Notes under the pieces: generated by a model
The model's input: the letters and a program-made list of their open reading frames with translations, nothing else
Told to the model about the DNA's origin: nothing
The model's database searches: none
Program-made: the position numbers and the translations under genes
Assembly: GCA_021809545.1 (NCBI GenBank)
Contig: JAKAYL010000001.1
Location: 101,710 to 165,709, forward strand
Source of the DNA: Thermoplasmata archaeon
GTDB taxonomy: Archaea > Thermoplasmatota > Thermoplasmata > Lutacidiplasmatales > UBA184
Length of the DNA: 64,000 nucleotides
Direction of reading: 5' to 3'
Shown: piece by piece, positions 55,504 to 64,000 of the stretch
How the letters are laid out: every line of letters starts with the position of its first letter
Position numbering within the stretch: the stretch's first letter is position 1

Positions 55504-55782
55504 ATGATGCAGATGATCCGACCCAGGACCCTGGAGATGTTCCACAAATACATGCCCCCCGATGAGACCTCGAGGCCCCAGCCGGAGGCCGGGGAGAGGT
55601 CCCCTGCGCTCATCGAGCTCTCCTCTCCTGGGGAGCGCAAGGCACCCGGAGCGATCTTCCTCCTCTCCGACGGGGTTGGAGACGCAGGAACGCCGGGTCT
55701 CCCAGTGCTCTTCGACCCGGTCCATCTTGCCGCCCGCGTCGCGCGACTTCGTCGCACACTACCCTATGGTGACCTGATCTGA
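55504..55782 (+). CDS. hypothetical small protein (92 aa)
   Basis: ATG at 55504 in frame in track ORF 55318..55782. GAAGGTGA lies upstream. Sits downstream of palindrome 55430-55443. Confidence 0.3.
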   Translation: MMQMIRPRTLEMFHKYMPPDETSRPQPEAGERSPALIELSSPGERKAPGAIFLLSDGVGDAGTPGLPVLFDPVHLAARVARLRRTLPYGDLI

Positions 55783-56361
55783 AGGAGCTCACATGTTCGG
55801 AGATCCCTTCTTGCTGGAACAGGTCCTGATGATAGCGACCGAGGGCTTCGTCATCTTGACCCTCTGCCGCCATCTCAGGAACGATATCGTCCGGAGGGGG
55901 TTGGCTCGCCGCTATCCCCAGCGCGTCCGCCCCTCCTGGCCGACCGCCGAGTCCCCCTAGTCCCATCCTCGGGTGGAGAGTACGGGGCCGCACTAGGTTA
56001 CCAAGAGACGAAATCAACGATAGTTGAGTTCCTGCGTCTGTACTGAGGAGACCGGGACGAGCGGGGAAGGTACTCTTTGGAGACCTTGACGCATCTCACC
56101 CACTATGGAAAATGCTTTCCGAAGTTCTAGACGAACCGCAACGTGAAACAAGTGAGGCAGATCCACTCCAGATGACTTTCGGGAGTGGCGGGTGGTTCAC
56201 TACTCTCCAGACCGGCAGAGTGCGGCGGTGGAGGAGTGCGTCCCGGGCCCTCTTTGGGACTTGATTCTGTACCTTCTGTGGATGTGAGTGGGTGGGCCGC
56301 ACCCCTAGGAGAACTTCCCAAGGACGGGCAAGAAGGGCCGCTCGGCAGAAGAGGGGGCCGG

Positions 56362-57096
56362 TCAGAGTCCGAGGGGGTCGAGGCCCTCCTTCAGGACCTT
56401 CCTCTCGATTGTGGCCAGCACCTCGGAGACCGCCGACTTGGAGAGACCAAGAACCTTGGCGATCTCGGTTAGCGTGATCCGGCGGGGGGTGTCCCAGTAG
56501 CCCGAGTTGCGGGCCATACGGTACAGCTCCAACTGTCGTGTCGTGAGCCCCCCTGGCGAACCGCGCGTCCTCGCAGCAGTACGGCTGAGGTTGCCGAGTA
56601 CGACGTCCGCTCCTCCCTCCCGTAACCGGGAGTACATTTGCTGGATCTTCTGCCGGGAAGCCCGCACGTTGAAGAAGAGACGATCTTCCTCGACCTGGAT
56701 GGGCAGCATGGGGGCGATGCCCAGGGCCTGGAGCGTGTCGATCATGAGCCCTGCGCGGGCCGTCATCCTCAGGAGCATCCCCCCAGAGGAAGAGCCGAGG
56801 ACCTCCAGTAGGAACCTCCGAGAGACTTCTAGGATCTTGGGGGGAAGGGCAGGGTCCGAAAGTTCCCCCCGGACCTCCACATCCGTGAGGACGAGGCCAT
56901 TTCCCAGGGGGAAGAGCGCGACGATACGGATGTCCAGGGCAGGGAACTCCATCGCCAGGACCGGGCAGGCACAATCGTCCGGGTCGATCCGCAATTCGAA
57001 CCGGGCCGTCATGATGTTCTCCCCGACGGAGGAGAGTTCTCCCACATCAAGCGGGTGACCGAAGGTCACCGGCGAGGAAGCGGGGATGGCCGCCAT
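56362..57096 (-). CDS. HTH_10 (bacterio-opsin-activator-like) family transcriptional regulator with N-terminal sensor domain
   Basis: The C-terminal ...TTRQLELYRMARNSGYWDTPRRITLTEIAKVLGLSKSAVSEVL... is typical HTH_10. ATG at complement 57094-57096. Confidence 0.6.
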   Translation of the reverse strand: MAAIPASSPVTFGHPLDVGELSSVGENIMTARFELRIDPDDCACPVLAMEFPALDIRIVALFPLGNGLVLTDVEVRGELSDPALPPKILEVSRRFLLEVLGSSSGGMLLRMTARAGLMIDTLQALGIAPMLPIQVEEDRLFFNVRASRQKIQQMYSRLREGGADVVLGNLSRTAARTRGSPGGLTTRQLELYRMARNSGYWDTPRRITLTEIAKVLGLSKSAVSEVLATIERKVLKEGLDPLGL

Positions 57097-57284
57097 GTTC
57101 ACACCCCCTCCGGGGCCGCCAAACTTCCGCAGTCTCCCCGGACGGGACCGGAAGGGGGGCGGGGGCCGTTGGGTTGCGTTTTCGGAAGGGGGCTCCGGAA
57201 GACGGGGATTGACATTTCCATGCTCTACCTTATCCTAAGGACCGATATCCACCGCGTCCCGTACCCGGACGACGTTCAGGTTCG

Positions 57285-57298
57285 CCGAACATGTTCGG
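57285..57298. promoter_or_regulatory. 14-nt perfect palindrome CCGAACATGTTCGG
   Basis: Second copy of the motif, in the divergent region between the HTH_10 regulator and the HAD gene. Confidence 0.4.
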
Positions 57299-57473
57299 GT
57301 GGTCGATTCAAGAACCCCCTGAGGGAAGGGCGACCCCTTCCGAGGGAGTCCTCTGCCAGGAAACCCGCGCCCCTCTAGTACTCCCGAAGCAAGGACTCCT
57401 CCATGAACCGGTACGTCGGGTGGGGGCCCTCCCGTCCCTTTGGACTCCGACGGGCGGCCGAGGAGACGGAACC

Positions 57474-58265
57474 ATGAAGGCACCCCTCCCCTCTTCGGCC
57501 ATCACCTTCGACCTCTGGCACACGCTCATCTACCTTGGCCCCCGGGCCGAGGAACGCTACGTGCAACGACAGATCTCCCTGGCCGTCGAGACCCTGGAGG
57601 TCGCGCGACCGCTTCCGGGAGCCCCCCGGCGGAGCCGGGAGGACCTCGCGGCCATCTTCCAGCAGGAAAGGGTCCGCGCGGTCGCGGAAGCCGACAAGGG
57701 ACACGTCGTGTCCCTCACGGAGCAGTTGACCCGGGTGGCGCGGGCCGCGGGACGGCAGCCACGCCCCGCAGCATACCTGACGGCACTGGGAAAAGAGATC
57801 GCCCGTACCCCCTTCCGGATGGCTCCCGGGGCGATCGCGACCCTTCGGAGACTCCGTTCGGAGGGCTACCGGATTGCCGTGGTCTCGAACACCGTGGGGG
57901 AGCCGGGGGCTTTCCTGCGTCCCATCCTTCACCGGATGGGGCTCGACCGCGGGTACGAGTTCGCCCTCTTTAGCGACGAGGAGCGATGGACGAAGCCCGC
58001 ACCGGCCATCTTCCGGAAGGCCCTCCGGGCCTTGGGCTCCCGCCCCTCGCAGGCGCTCCATGTCGGGGACGGATGGGGCGACCTCGAAGGCGCTCGCCGG
58101 GCCGGATACCGTGCCGGGATCTACTTCACGGGGCTCCAGGAGTACGGGCCCAGCTACCGGGCGCTCCACGCTGCCTCGAATACGAAGGACCTTGGCGCGG
58201 ATTTCCGGATCCAACGCTTGGCGGAGCTACCCGCCCTGGCGCGGAAGCTCCTGCCGGTACCCTAG
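57474..58265 (+). CDS. HAD-family hydrolase
   Basis: N-terminal ITFDLWHTL (DxD-variant motif I), ...VSNT..., ...GDGW.D... ATG at 57474 in frame in track ORF 57291..58265. Confidence 0.65.
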   Translation: MKAPLPSSAITFDLWHTLIYLGPRAEERYVQRQISLAVETLEVARPLPGAPRRSREDLAAIFQQERVRAVAEADKGHVVSLTEQLTRVARAAGRQPRPAAYLTALGKEIARTPFRMAPGAIATLRRLRSEGYRIAVVSNTVGEPGAFLRPILHRMGLDRGYEFALFSDEERWTKPAPAIFRKALRALGSRPSQALHVGDGWGDLEGARRAGYRAGIYFTGLQEYGPSYRALHAASNTKDLGADFRIQRLAELPALARKLLPVP

Positions 58266-58333
58266 CCCGTCACCTTAGGCTTCGGACCTCTCCAGGGATC
58301 CCAAGCGGGACCTCCGTCCACCGTCCTTCTTCC

Positions 58334-58342
58334 CTTATATAT
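58334..58342 (+). promoter_or_regulatory. TATA CTTATATAT 26 nt upstream of the giant surface-protein ATG
   Basis: Seen directly; no SD, consistent with leaderless mRNA. Confidence 0.45.
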
Positions 58343-58363
58343 CGACGCCTCCTTCCCTGCCCC

Positions 58364-61300
58364 ATGCCAAGGCGCATCAACCCCCTCCTTGCCCGAGCGA
58401 TCCCTGTCGTGCTCCTGATCGTCCTTCTCGCGGTTCCCGGGAACGGCGTCCTCACCTCCCCCTCTCCTCGGTCGGTTACCCTGGGAGCGGGGTCGTCTTC
58501 CCTGGCCGGGCTCTCCTCCCCCTTCGCACCGGTCCAGTACCCGGTCACGTTCCAAGAGAGGGGGCTCCCGGCCGGGACGAACTGGACCGTCGTGCTGAAC
58601 GGCTCGGCGACCTACTCTCTGGGTTCCTTCGCCTCCTTCTCGGTACCCAACGGAAGCTACTCCTACCATCTTCCCGTCGTAGCAGGGTTCACCCCTTCCC
58701 CCTCCTCGGGCCGCGTGCTCGTCACCGGGACCCCGGTCCTCACGACGATCCACTTCCTTCCCGCGGCGGTCCAGAACACGCTCTCCCTGTTCAACAACAC
58801 GCTGCTGCCGGGCAACGCCACCGCCCAGAGCGGCAGCCAGCCCTTCGCCTCGGCCTTCGATGCGGCCACCGGCACGCTCTTCGTTGACGACTACGCCACC
58901 AGCAACGTGGCGATGGTCAACACCACGACCCGGAGCGTGACGGGCTACGTGCCCCTCGTCGGGCTCCCCTGTGGCATCGCCTACGACAGCACGAACGGCT
59001 TCCTCTACGCGTCCGTGCTCACCAACGGCGCCCTCGCCGCCGTGAACGGGACGACCGGATCGGTGACGGGCTATCTCCACGTCGGGAAATCTCCCTGCGC
59101 GGTGGCCTACGATCCTGTGAACGACAAGATCTACGTGACCAACACCGAGAGCAACTCGGTGGTCGTCGTGAACCCCTCCAGCTTCTCGGTGACCGCGACC
59201 GTCGCGGTAGGCAACGTGCCTCGGGCGCTCGCCGTGGACACCGTGACCGGCAACGTCTACGCGGTCTCCATGAACGGGAACAAGCTGGTCGAGATCAGCG
59301 GGGCGACCAACACGGTCCTCGCGAACACGACCACCCTTCCCAGCCCCGATGCGATCGCCTACGATGCGCACACCACCAACCTCTATGTCGCGAGCTTCAA
59401 CGACAGCACGGTCACCGTGTACGCGGTCGCCACGCTCAAGGCCGTGGGAAATGTCTCGGTGGGCTCCAAGCCCTTCGCCCTGGCCTACGAACCCTCCAAC
59501 TTCGCGGTGTACTCAGCGAACTACTTCTCCGACAATGTGTCGGCGATCTCGGGCCTCACGCTCGCCGCGACCCTGACCGCAGGGGCAAACCCGGAGGGGG
59601 TCGCGGTCGATGCCTCAGGGAACGTTTACGTTGCCAACCGAGGATCCAGCAACCTCACCCTCCTCGCGGCCGCGACGAACCAGGTCATCGGCTCCATCCC
59701 CGTGGGATGGTCACCCTCGGCCGTGGCCTACGACCCACTGGCCACAGCGTTCGTCGTGGCCAACCAGGTCACGGACACTCTCTCCGTCGTGAGCACCTCC
59801 ACCGGACGGTCGGTCGGCACCGTCCCGGTGGGAAGCGGTCCCGGGGCGCTGCTCTACGACGGGGTCGACCACCTCCTCTTCGTAGCCAACACCCGCTCCG
59901 ACAACCTGACGGTCCTCAACCCCACTACCTTCGCCCCGGTCGCCAGTCTCCCGGTGGGATCGGACCCCGTGGCCCTGGCCTACGACACGGCCAACGCACG
60001 GCTGTACGTGGCGAACAGACTCTCCGGGAACCTGAGCATCATCGATCCCGCGACCCCGTCGGTCGTCGGGTCCCTGGCCACGGGAGGGTCCCCCGGGGCG
60101 CTCCTCGTCGATCCCCTCAATGGCCTCCTCTACGCGGTGGGCGTCTCCGCCCAGAATCTGACAGCCTACAACGTCACCTCAGGAAAGGTCGCGGGTACGG
60201 TCGCGGTCGGAAGCTTCCCCTCGGGGATCGCGATGGACCCCTCGACCGGGTTCCTCTACGTGGCGAATTACGCGTCGAACTCCGTCACGGTCGTGAACGG
60301 CACGGACAACACCGTGGTCTCGTCCTTCTCCGCCGGCTCGGAGCCGGCGGCCATCGCCTTCGATGCGGAGACCCGGGGCGTCGAGGTGGTCGACTTCGCC
60401 TCCAACAGCCTGGCGATCTACTCGACGGAGACCCAAACGCTCGTCGGGCTCCTTCCCCTCAACAACTCCGGACCGGTGGCGGAGGACCTTTCCCCCTCCA
60501 CAGGCATGGTGGCCGTCGCGGACCAGCTCTCGGGGGCCCTCTCGCTCGTCCACCTTCAAGTCCTCCCGGCGGTCTTCCCCGTCTCCTTCACGGAGTCCGG
60601 ACTACCCTCCGGGACGAACTGGTCCGTCACGGTGAACGGTACCTCCTCCTTCTCCGTCGGGCCGGCGATCCGGTTCTCCCTGGTGAACGGGTCGTACTTC
60701 TACACGGTCGCCCCCGTGCCGGGCTTCGTCTCCACTCCGACCTCGGGTGATCTCTCGGTCAACGGCACCATCCTCACCGTCCCGGTCTCCTTCACCCGGG
60801 TGATCCTCCACTACACCGTTTCCTTCACCGAGCTCGGACTCCCTGCGGGAACCAACTGGTCCGTCTCCGTGAACGGGTCGACCCAAGGCTCCAACACCAC
60901 CTCGATCTCCTTCCTGCTGCCGAACGGGAACTACCCGTATTCCGTGGGAAGTTCCCTAGGGTACGGCCCTTCGCCCAGGTCCGGGACCCTGACCGTCCTC
61001 GATGGGCCGGTGACCCAGATCGTGGAGTTCCAGCTTCCCGTCTACAACATCACCTTCCAAGAGAAGGGCCTTCCCGCGAACACCTCCTGGTCGGTCGCGC
61101 TCAACGGTTCCGCAGCGACCTCCCGTACTTCGGCGATCGCCTTCGCGAACGGCTCGGCGCAACCCAACGGGACGTATCCCTTCCACATCGACAGCCTGCC
61201 CGGCTACGTCCCGGAGCCGGCGGCTGGGAACGTGATCGTGAACGGCTCGTCCCGGGTCGTTTCGGTGACCTTCGTCCAGATGACCTATTCCGTCACCTTC

Positions 61301-61705
61301 TCCGCCACCAACCTTCCTTCACCGAAGAACTGGTCGGTCACGATGGACGGGACCACCCGCTACTCGACCACGGCCACGCTCCAGTTCTTCCTCCCCAACG
61401 GGACCTACGACTACACCGTAGGGAAGCTGAAGGGGTACGACCGGCTCCCGGCGGGAGGCGCGATCGTGGTGAACGGTCACGCGCAGTACCTGGTCATCAA
61501 GTTCCTGACCCCTCCGCCCTCCGGGTTCACCGGGCTCATCGAGTCTCCGGCCTTCTATGCGGCACTGGCCACCGCCGCGGTCGTGGCCGTCGTCTTCCTG
61601 TACTTCGTGCGCAAGAAGAAGAAGAAGGCCGCCACCGCTGCCGAGGAAACGGAGAGCGAGGACGAGTCCGAAGAGCTGACCCCGAACGAGACGACCAAGG
61701 AGTAG
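58364..61705 (+). CDS. giant cell-surface glycoprotein: signal peptide, one N-terminal and five C-terminal 'GLPxGTNWSV' modules, a YVTN-type beta-propeller array, C-terminal TM anchor and Lys-rich acidic tail
   Basis: ATG at 58364 with CTTATATAT 26 nt upstream. About 14 roughly 40-aa YVTN-like repeats (...YVANxxSNxVTVxN...). Repeated FxExGLPxGTNWSVxVNGS...NGSYxY modules. Ends ...AVVFLYFVRKKKKKAATAAEETESEDESEEL. Confidence 0.7.
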   Translation: MPRRINPLLARAIPVVLLIVLLAVPGNGVLTSPSPRSVTLGAGSSSLAGLSSPFAPVQYPVTFQERGLPAGTNWTVVLNGSATYSLGSFASFSVPNGSYSYHLPVVAGFTPSPSSGRVLVTGTPVLTTIHFLPAAVQNTLSLFNNTLLPGNATAQSGSQPFASAFDAATGTLFVDDYATSNVAMVNTTTRSVTGYVPLVGLPCGIAYDSTNGFLYASVLTNGALAAVNGTTGSVTGYLHVGKSPCAVAYDPVNDKIYVTNTESNSVVVVNPSSFSVTATVAVGNVPRALAVDTVTGNVYAVSMNGNKLVEISGATNTVLANTTTLPSPDAIAYDAHTTNLYVASFNDSTVTVYAVATLKAVGNVSVGSKPFALAYEPSNFAVYSANYFSDNVSAISGLTLAATLTAGANPEGVAVDASGNVYVANRGSSNLTLLAAATNQVIGSIPVGWSPSAVAYDPLATAFVVANQVTDTLSVVSTSTGRSVGTVPVGSGPGALLYDGVDHLLFVANTRSDNLTVLNPTTFAPVASLPVGSDPVALAYDTANARLYVANRLSGNLSIIDPATPSVVGSLATGGSPGALLVDPLNGLLYAVGVSAQNLTAYNVTSGKVAGTVAVGSFPSGIAMDPSTGFLYVANYASNSVTVVNGTDNTVVSSFSAGSEPAAIAFDAETRGVEVVDFASNSLAIYSTETQTLVGLLPLNNSGPVAEDLSPSTGMVAVADQLSGALSLVHLQVLPAVFPVSFTESGLPSGTNWSVTVNGTSSFSVGPAIRFSLVNGSYFYTVAPVPGFVSTPTSGDLSVNGTILTVPVSFTRVILHYTVSFTELGLPAGTNWSVSVNGSTQGSNTTSISFLLPNGNYPYSVGSSLGYGPSPRSGTLTVLDGPVTQIVEFQLPVYNITFQEKGLPANTSWSVALNGSAATSRTSAIAFANGSAQPNGTYPFHIDSLPGYVPEPAAGNVIVNGSSRVVSVTFVQMTYSVTFSATNLPSPKNWSVTMDGTTRYSTTATLQFFLPNGTYDYTVGKLKGYDRLPAGGAIVVNGHAQYLVIKFLTPPPSGFTGLIESPAFYAALATAAVVAVVFLYFVRKKKKKAATAAEETESEDESEELTPNETTKE

Positions 61706-61736
61706 TCCCGACCCCGCGGGCGACGGAGCAAAGTCC

Positions 61737-62675
61737 ATGGGGCTCTCGGGGACAGTGGTGTTGCTCGCCCACGGGGCGGTCACTCGCCCCGATGATGTCG
61801 AAACGTACTACCGTCACATCCGCGAAGGGAAACCGCTCGTCCCCGCCGTGCTCGAGGCCCTGAAGCAGCACTACGCGGCCATCGGGGGCAGCTCCCCGCT
61901 CAACGGGATCACGCGCGTGGTGGCGCACGATCTTGAGGTGGAGCTGGCGCAACGGCATGGGCCCGGGAGCTTCTCCGTCCGCTTCGGATTCCGTCACACC
62001 CCTCCCTTCGCGGAGGAGGTGATGGCCGAGGTGGGCGCCCGGGCGCAAGGGAAAGTGGTCGCGATCCCGATGGCGCCCCACGGTTCCCCCTTTGTCGAAC
62101 AAGGATATGCGCGGGCCATGGAGAAGGGAAGGGAAGCGGCGAGGGGAGGTGCCCAACTCCTCTTTGCCGGATCCTGGCACTTGGAGCCAAAGCTCCTCGA
62201 ATGCTGGAGCCAGGCCCTGGACGCAGCACGGAAGGGGCTCCCGGCCGCGGTTTCAGGACACCCCCTCGTGGTCTTCACGGCCCACAGCCTCCCGGTGCGC
62301 GTGCTCCAGGGGACGGATTACGAAAGGGAGCTCTGCGAGAGCGCCGCCGAGATCTGCCGGAGGTCCGGGATCCCGGAGGACGGGTACCGGGTGGCCTGGC
62401 AGAGCGCCAGCCCGAGCGGGGAGCCGTGGATGGGGCCCGACATCCGCGAGGTCCTCCGACAGGCTTCCGACGAGGGCCGCAGCGCCGTCGTGGTCGTCCC
62501 TCAGGGCTTCGTGGCCGACCACCTCGAGGTGCTCTACGATCTCGACCTTGTCGCACAAAAGGAGGCGAGGACACTAGGACTGGCATTCGCACGGGCGGCG
62601 ATGCCGAACACCTCCCCCCTCTTCGTCGGAGCCCTCGCCGACCTCACAGAGCGTACCCTTCGCTCGGGACCATGA
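61737..62675 (+). CDS. hemH: ferrochelatase (coproporphyrin/protoporphyrin ferrochelatase)
   Basis: ...HSLP...QSASPSGEPWMGPDI...HLEVLYDLD... is the ferrochelatase core. Confidence 0.8.
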   Translation: MGLSGTVVLLAHGAVTRPDDVETYYRHIREGKPLVPAVLEALKQHYAAIGGSSPLNGITRVVAHDLEVELAQRHGPGSFSVRFGFRHTPPFAEEVMAEVGARAQGKVVAIPMAPHGSPFVEQGYARAMEKGREAARGGAQLLFAGSWHLEPKLLECWSQALDAARKGLPAAVSGHPLVVFTAHSLPVRVLQGTDYERELCESAAEICRRSGIPEDGYRVAWQSASPSGEPWMGPDIREVLRQASDEGRSAVVVVPQGFVADHLEVLYDLDLVAQKEARTLGLAFARAAMPNTSPLFVGALADLTERTLRSGP

Positions 62676-64000
62676 TCCGGATCGCGATCGTCGGGGGAGG
62701 GATCGCTGGCCTCGCCGCGGCCTGGGAACTGCGGCCCCTTGCGGAGTCGGGACGGGCCGAGGTGACCCTCTTCGAGGCCTCGGAACGGTTGGGCGGCGCG
62801 GTCCGGACCGACCGCGAGAGCGGAGCGGTGATCGAGTGCGGCCCCGACTCCTTCCTTGCCCGCAAGCCCGAGGGCATCACCCTCGTCCGGGAGATGGGGA
62901 TGGACAAGGAGCTGATCGAGGTACGGAATCCGGGGAGCTACCTCTATCTCCGGGGCAAGTTCCGCCCCTTTCCTCCCGTGACGCCTGCGGGACTTCCCGC
63001 CAGCCTCTCCAGCATGGCCCATTCTCACCTGCTCTCCCCCGCGGGAAAGCTGAGGGCCCTGGGCGATCTTTTCGTCCCCCGGAGCCGCAGCCTGTCTCGA
63101 GGAGAGGACGTCTCGCTGGGAGATTTCCTCCGGCGTAGGATGGGGCGGGAGATCGTCGAGCACCTGGCGGGTCCGGTGGCCGGCGGGACGCACCTGACCG
63201 ACATCCACGAACTCAGCCTCCGGGCCACCTATCCTGACCTCGCGAGGATGGAAAAGGAACATCGGAGCCTCCTCCTCGCGCTCCTCCGGGAGAGAACGCC
63301 TCCGGCCCAAGGGGGCGCTCCGAGGTCTCCCTTCCTCACCTTGCGGAACGGACTGTCCTCCCTCGTCGAGGGGATCGAGGCTCGGCTCCCGGCGAACGCA
63401 GTTCGGAAGAGCTCCCCGGTGGAAACGATCTCGAGGGGAGATGGGGGGCAGTACTTCCTGCGGACCGGGGGACGGGAGGAGGGCCCCTTCGATGGGCTTG
63501 TTCTTTCGGCCCCTGCTCCCGCACTCTCGGCGATGTTGAGCAAGTCGTTCCCGGAGTTGGCCCGAGCCTTCTCGGAGTTCCGCTACTCTCCCCTCGTGGT
63601 CGTGGGCCTGGTCTATCCGCAAGTTCCGGAGAACATCCCCCTGGACAAGGGAGGATTCATGGTGCCCCGGGACGAGCCGCTCCCCATTTCCGGGGTTTCC
63701 TGGGCGACCCGGAAATGGGGGTTTGCCCCACCGGAGGGCGGGGAGGTGCTTCGGGTCTATCTGGACGAGAAGAGGAACCCCGGGATCCTCTCCCTTTCCG
63801 ATGAGGAGATACTCGAGAGGGCCAGGAAGGGAGTGGCCACGACCATGGGGATCACCGGGGCGCCTCGCTACTCCAGGGTCTACCGTCACGGAGCGGCGCT
63901 GCCTCAGTACGCCGTGGGTCACCCGGAGCGCGTGGCCCGGGTGAGGTCCCTGGCGGCGCAGTGGCCCCGCGTCGCGCTCGCCGGAGCACTTCTCGAAGGC
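62672..64000 (+). CDS. hemY: protoporphyrinogen/coproporphyrinogen oxidase (HemY/CgoX family), 3' end outside window
   Basis: N-terminal FAD motif IAIVGGGIAGLAAAW plus the HemY-like core. The ATG overlaps the hemH stop (ATGA). The ORF runs off the window end. Confidence 0.8.
   Translation, partial: MIRIAIVGGGIAGLAAAWELRPLAESGRAEVTLFEASERLGGAVRTDRESGAVIECGPDSFLARKPEGITLVREMGMDKELIEVRNPGSYLYLRGKFRPFPPVTPAGLPASLSSMAHSHLLSPAGKLRALGDLFVPRSRSLSRGEDVSLGDFLRRRMGREIVEHLAGPVAGGTHLTDIHELSLRATYPDLARMEKEHRSLLLALLRERTPPAQGGAPRSPFLTLRNGLSSLVEGIEARLPANAVRKSSPVETISRGDGGQYFLRTGGREEGPFDGLVLSAPAPALSAMLSKSFPELARAFSEFRYSPLVVVGLVYPQVPENIPLDKGGFMVPRDEPLPISGVSWATRKWGFAPPEGGEVLRVYLDEKRNPGILSLSDEEILERARKGVATTMGITGAPRYSRVYRHGAALPQYAVGHPERVARVRSLAAQWPRVALAGALLEG

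Noticed and set aside
56096-56974. 292-aa minus-strand ORF overlapping the HTH_10 regulator
   Set aside because: Different frame from the well-supported HTH_10 gene. Pro/Gly/Arg-rich low-complexity translation.
57986-58363. First 126 codons of track ORF 57986..61705
   Set aside because: They overlap the HAD hydrolase gene. A signal peptide begins at ATG 58364, which has a TATA box 26 nt upstream.

Overview
The window is a 64-kb archaeal chromosome segment with high GC (about 65%). Archaeal markers are r-protein L15e, a Hel308 helicase, an Orc1/Cdc6-like AAA+ protein, RNase Z, a small Toprim protein, an HTH_10 regulator, a DUF981 membrane protein, and TATA-box promoters 25-40 nt ahead of start codons (leaderless style). 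Protein composition is not halophile-like, so this is probably a euryarchaeal or Thermoplasmata-like genome. I call about 60 genes. The ORF track uses GTG/TTG as 'M', so several starts were re-set by reading the sequence.

Main content:
- A transport/peptidase block (M20 peptidase, aldo/keto reductase, fused NitT/TauT-type ABC permease plus ATPase).
- Two paralogous QW-motif alpha/alpha-toroid (terpene-cyclase/prenyltransferase-like) proteins.
- A ferredoxin, two acyl-CoA dehydrogenases and EtfAB.
- A nickel module (LarB, NiCoT permease and NikR, with no LarA/LarC/LarE in the window).
- An erythrin-VIT1 fusion, a UbiA prenyltransferase, a quinone-oxidoreductase-like dehydrogenase and a CPBP protease.
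- Hel308 followed by a motif-degenerate Orc1/Cdc6 paralog beside an AT-rich block and direct repeats.
- An MFS plus ABC-2 efflux operon under MarR.
- A metal-homeostasis neighbourhood: a DtxR-family regulator with a membrane transporter, DUF169, a binding-site-divergent Nramp, an HTH/ferritin-like regulator and an MBL hydrolase. Embedded in it is a 1.5-kb low-GC island (about 50% GC) encoding a sequon-rich secreted protein.
- Two giant sequon-rich surface proteins: a 928-aa PKD-repeat protein and a 1113-aa YVTN beta-propeller protein carrying a repeated 'GLPxGTNWSV' module.
- RNase Z, an imidazolonepropionase-like amidohydrolase and citrate synthase.
- A tetrapyrrole cluster hemC-cobA-hemE plus a radical-SAM/SPASM (AhbD/NirJ-like) gene, with hemH and hemY/cgoX 6 kb downstream. 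This is a coproporphyrin-type heme route whose last step may be radical-SAM based.

I found no rRNA, confident tRNA, CRISPR array, transposase or integrase. Several intergenic palindromes and repeats, and one 413-nt convergent GC-rich gap, may be regulatory sites or structured RNA.
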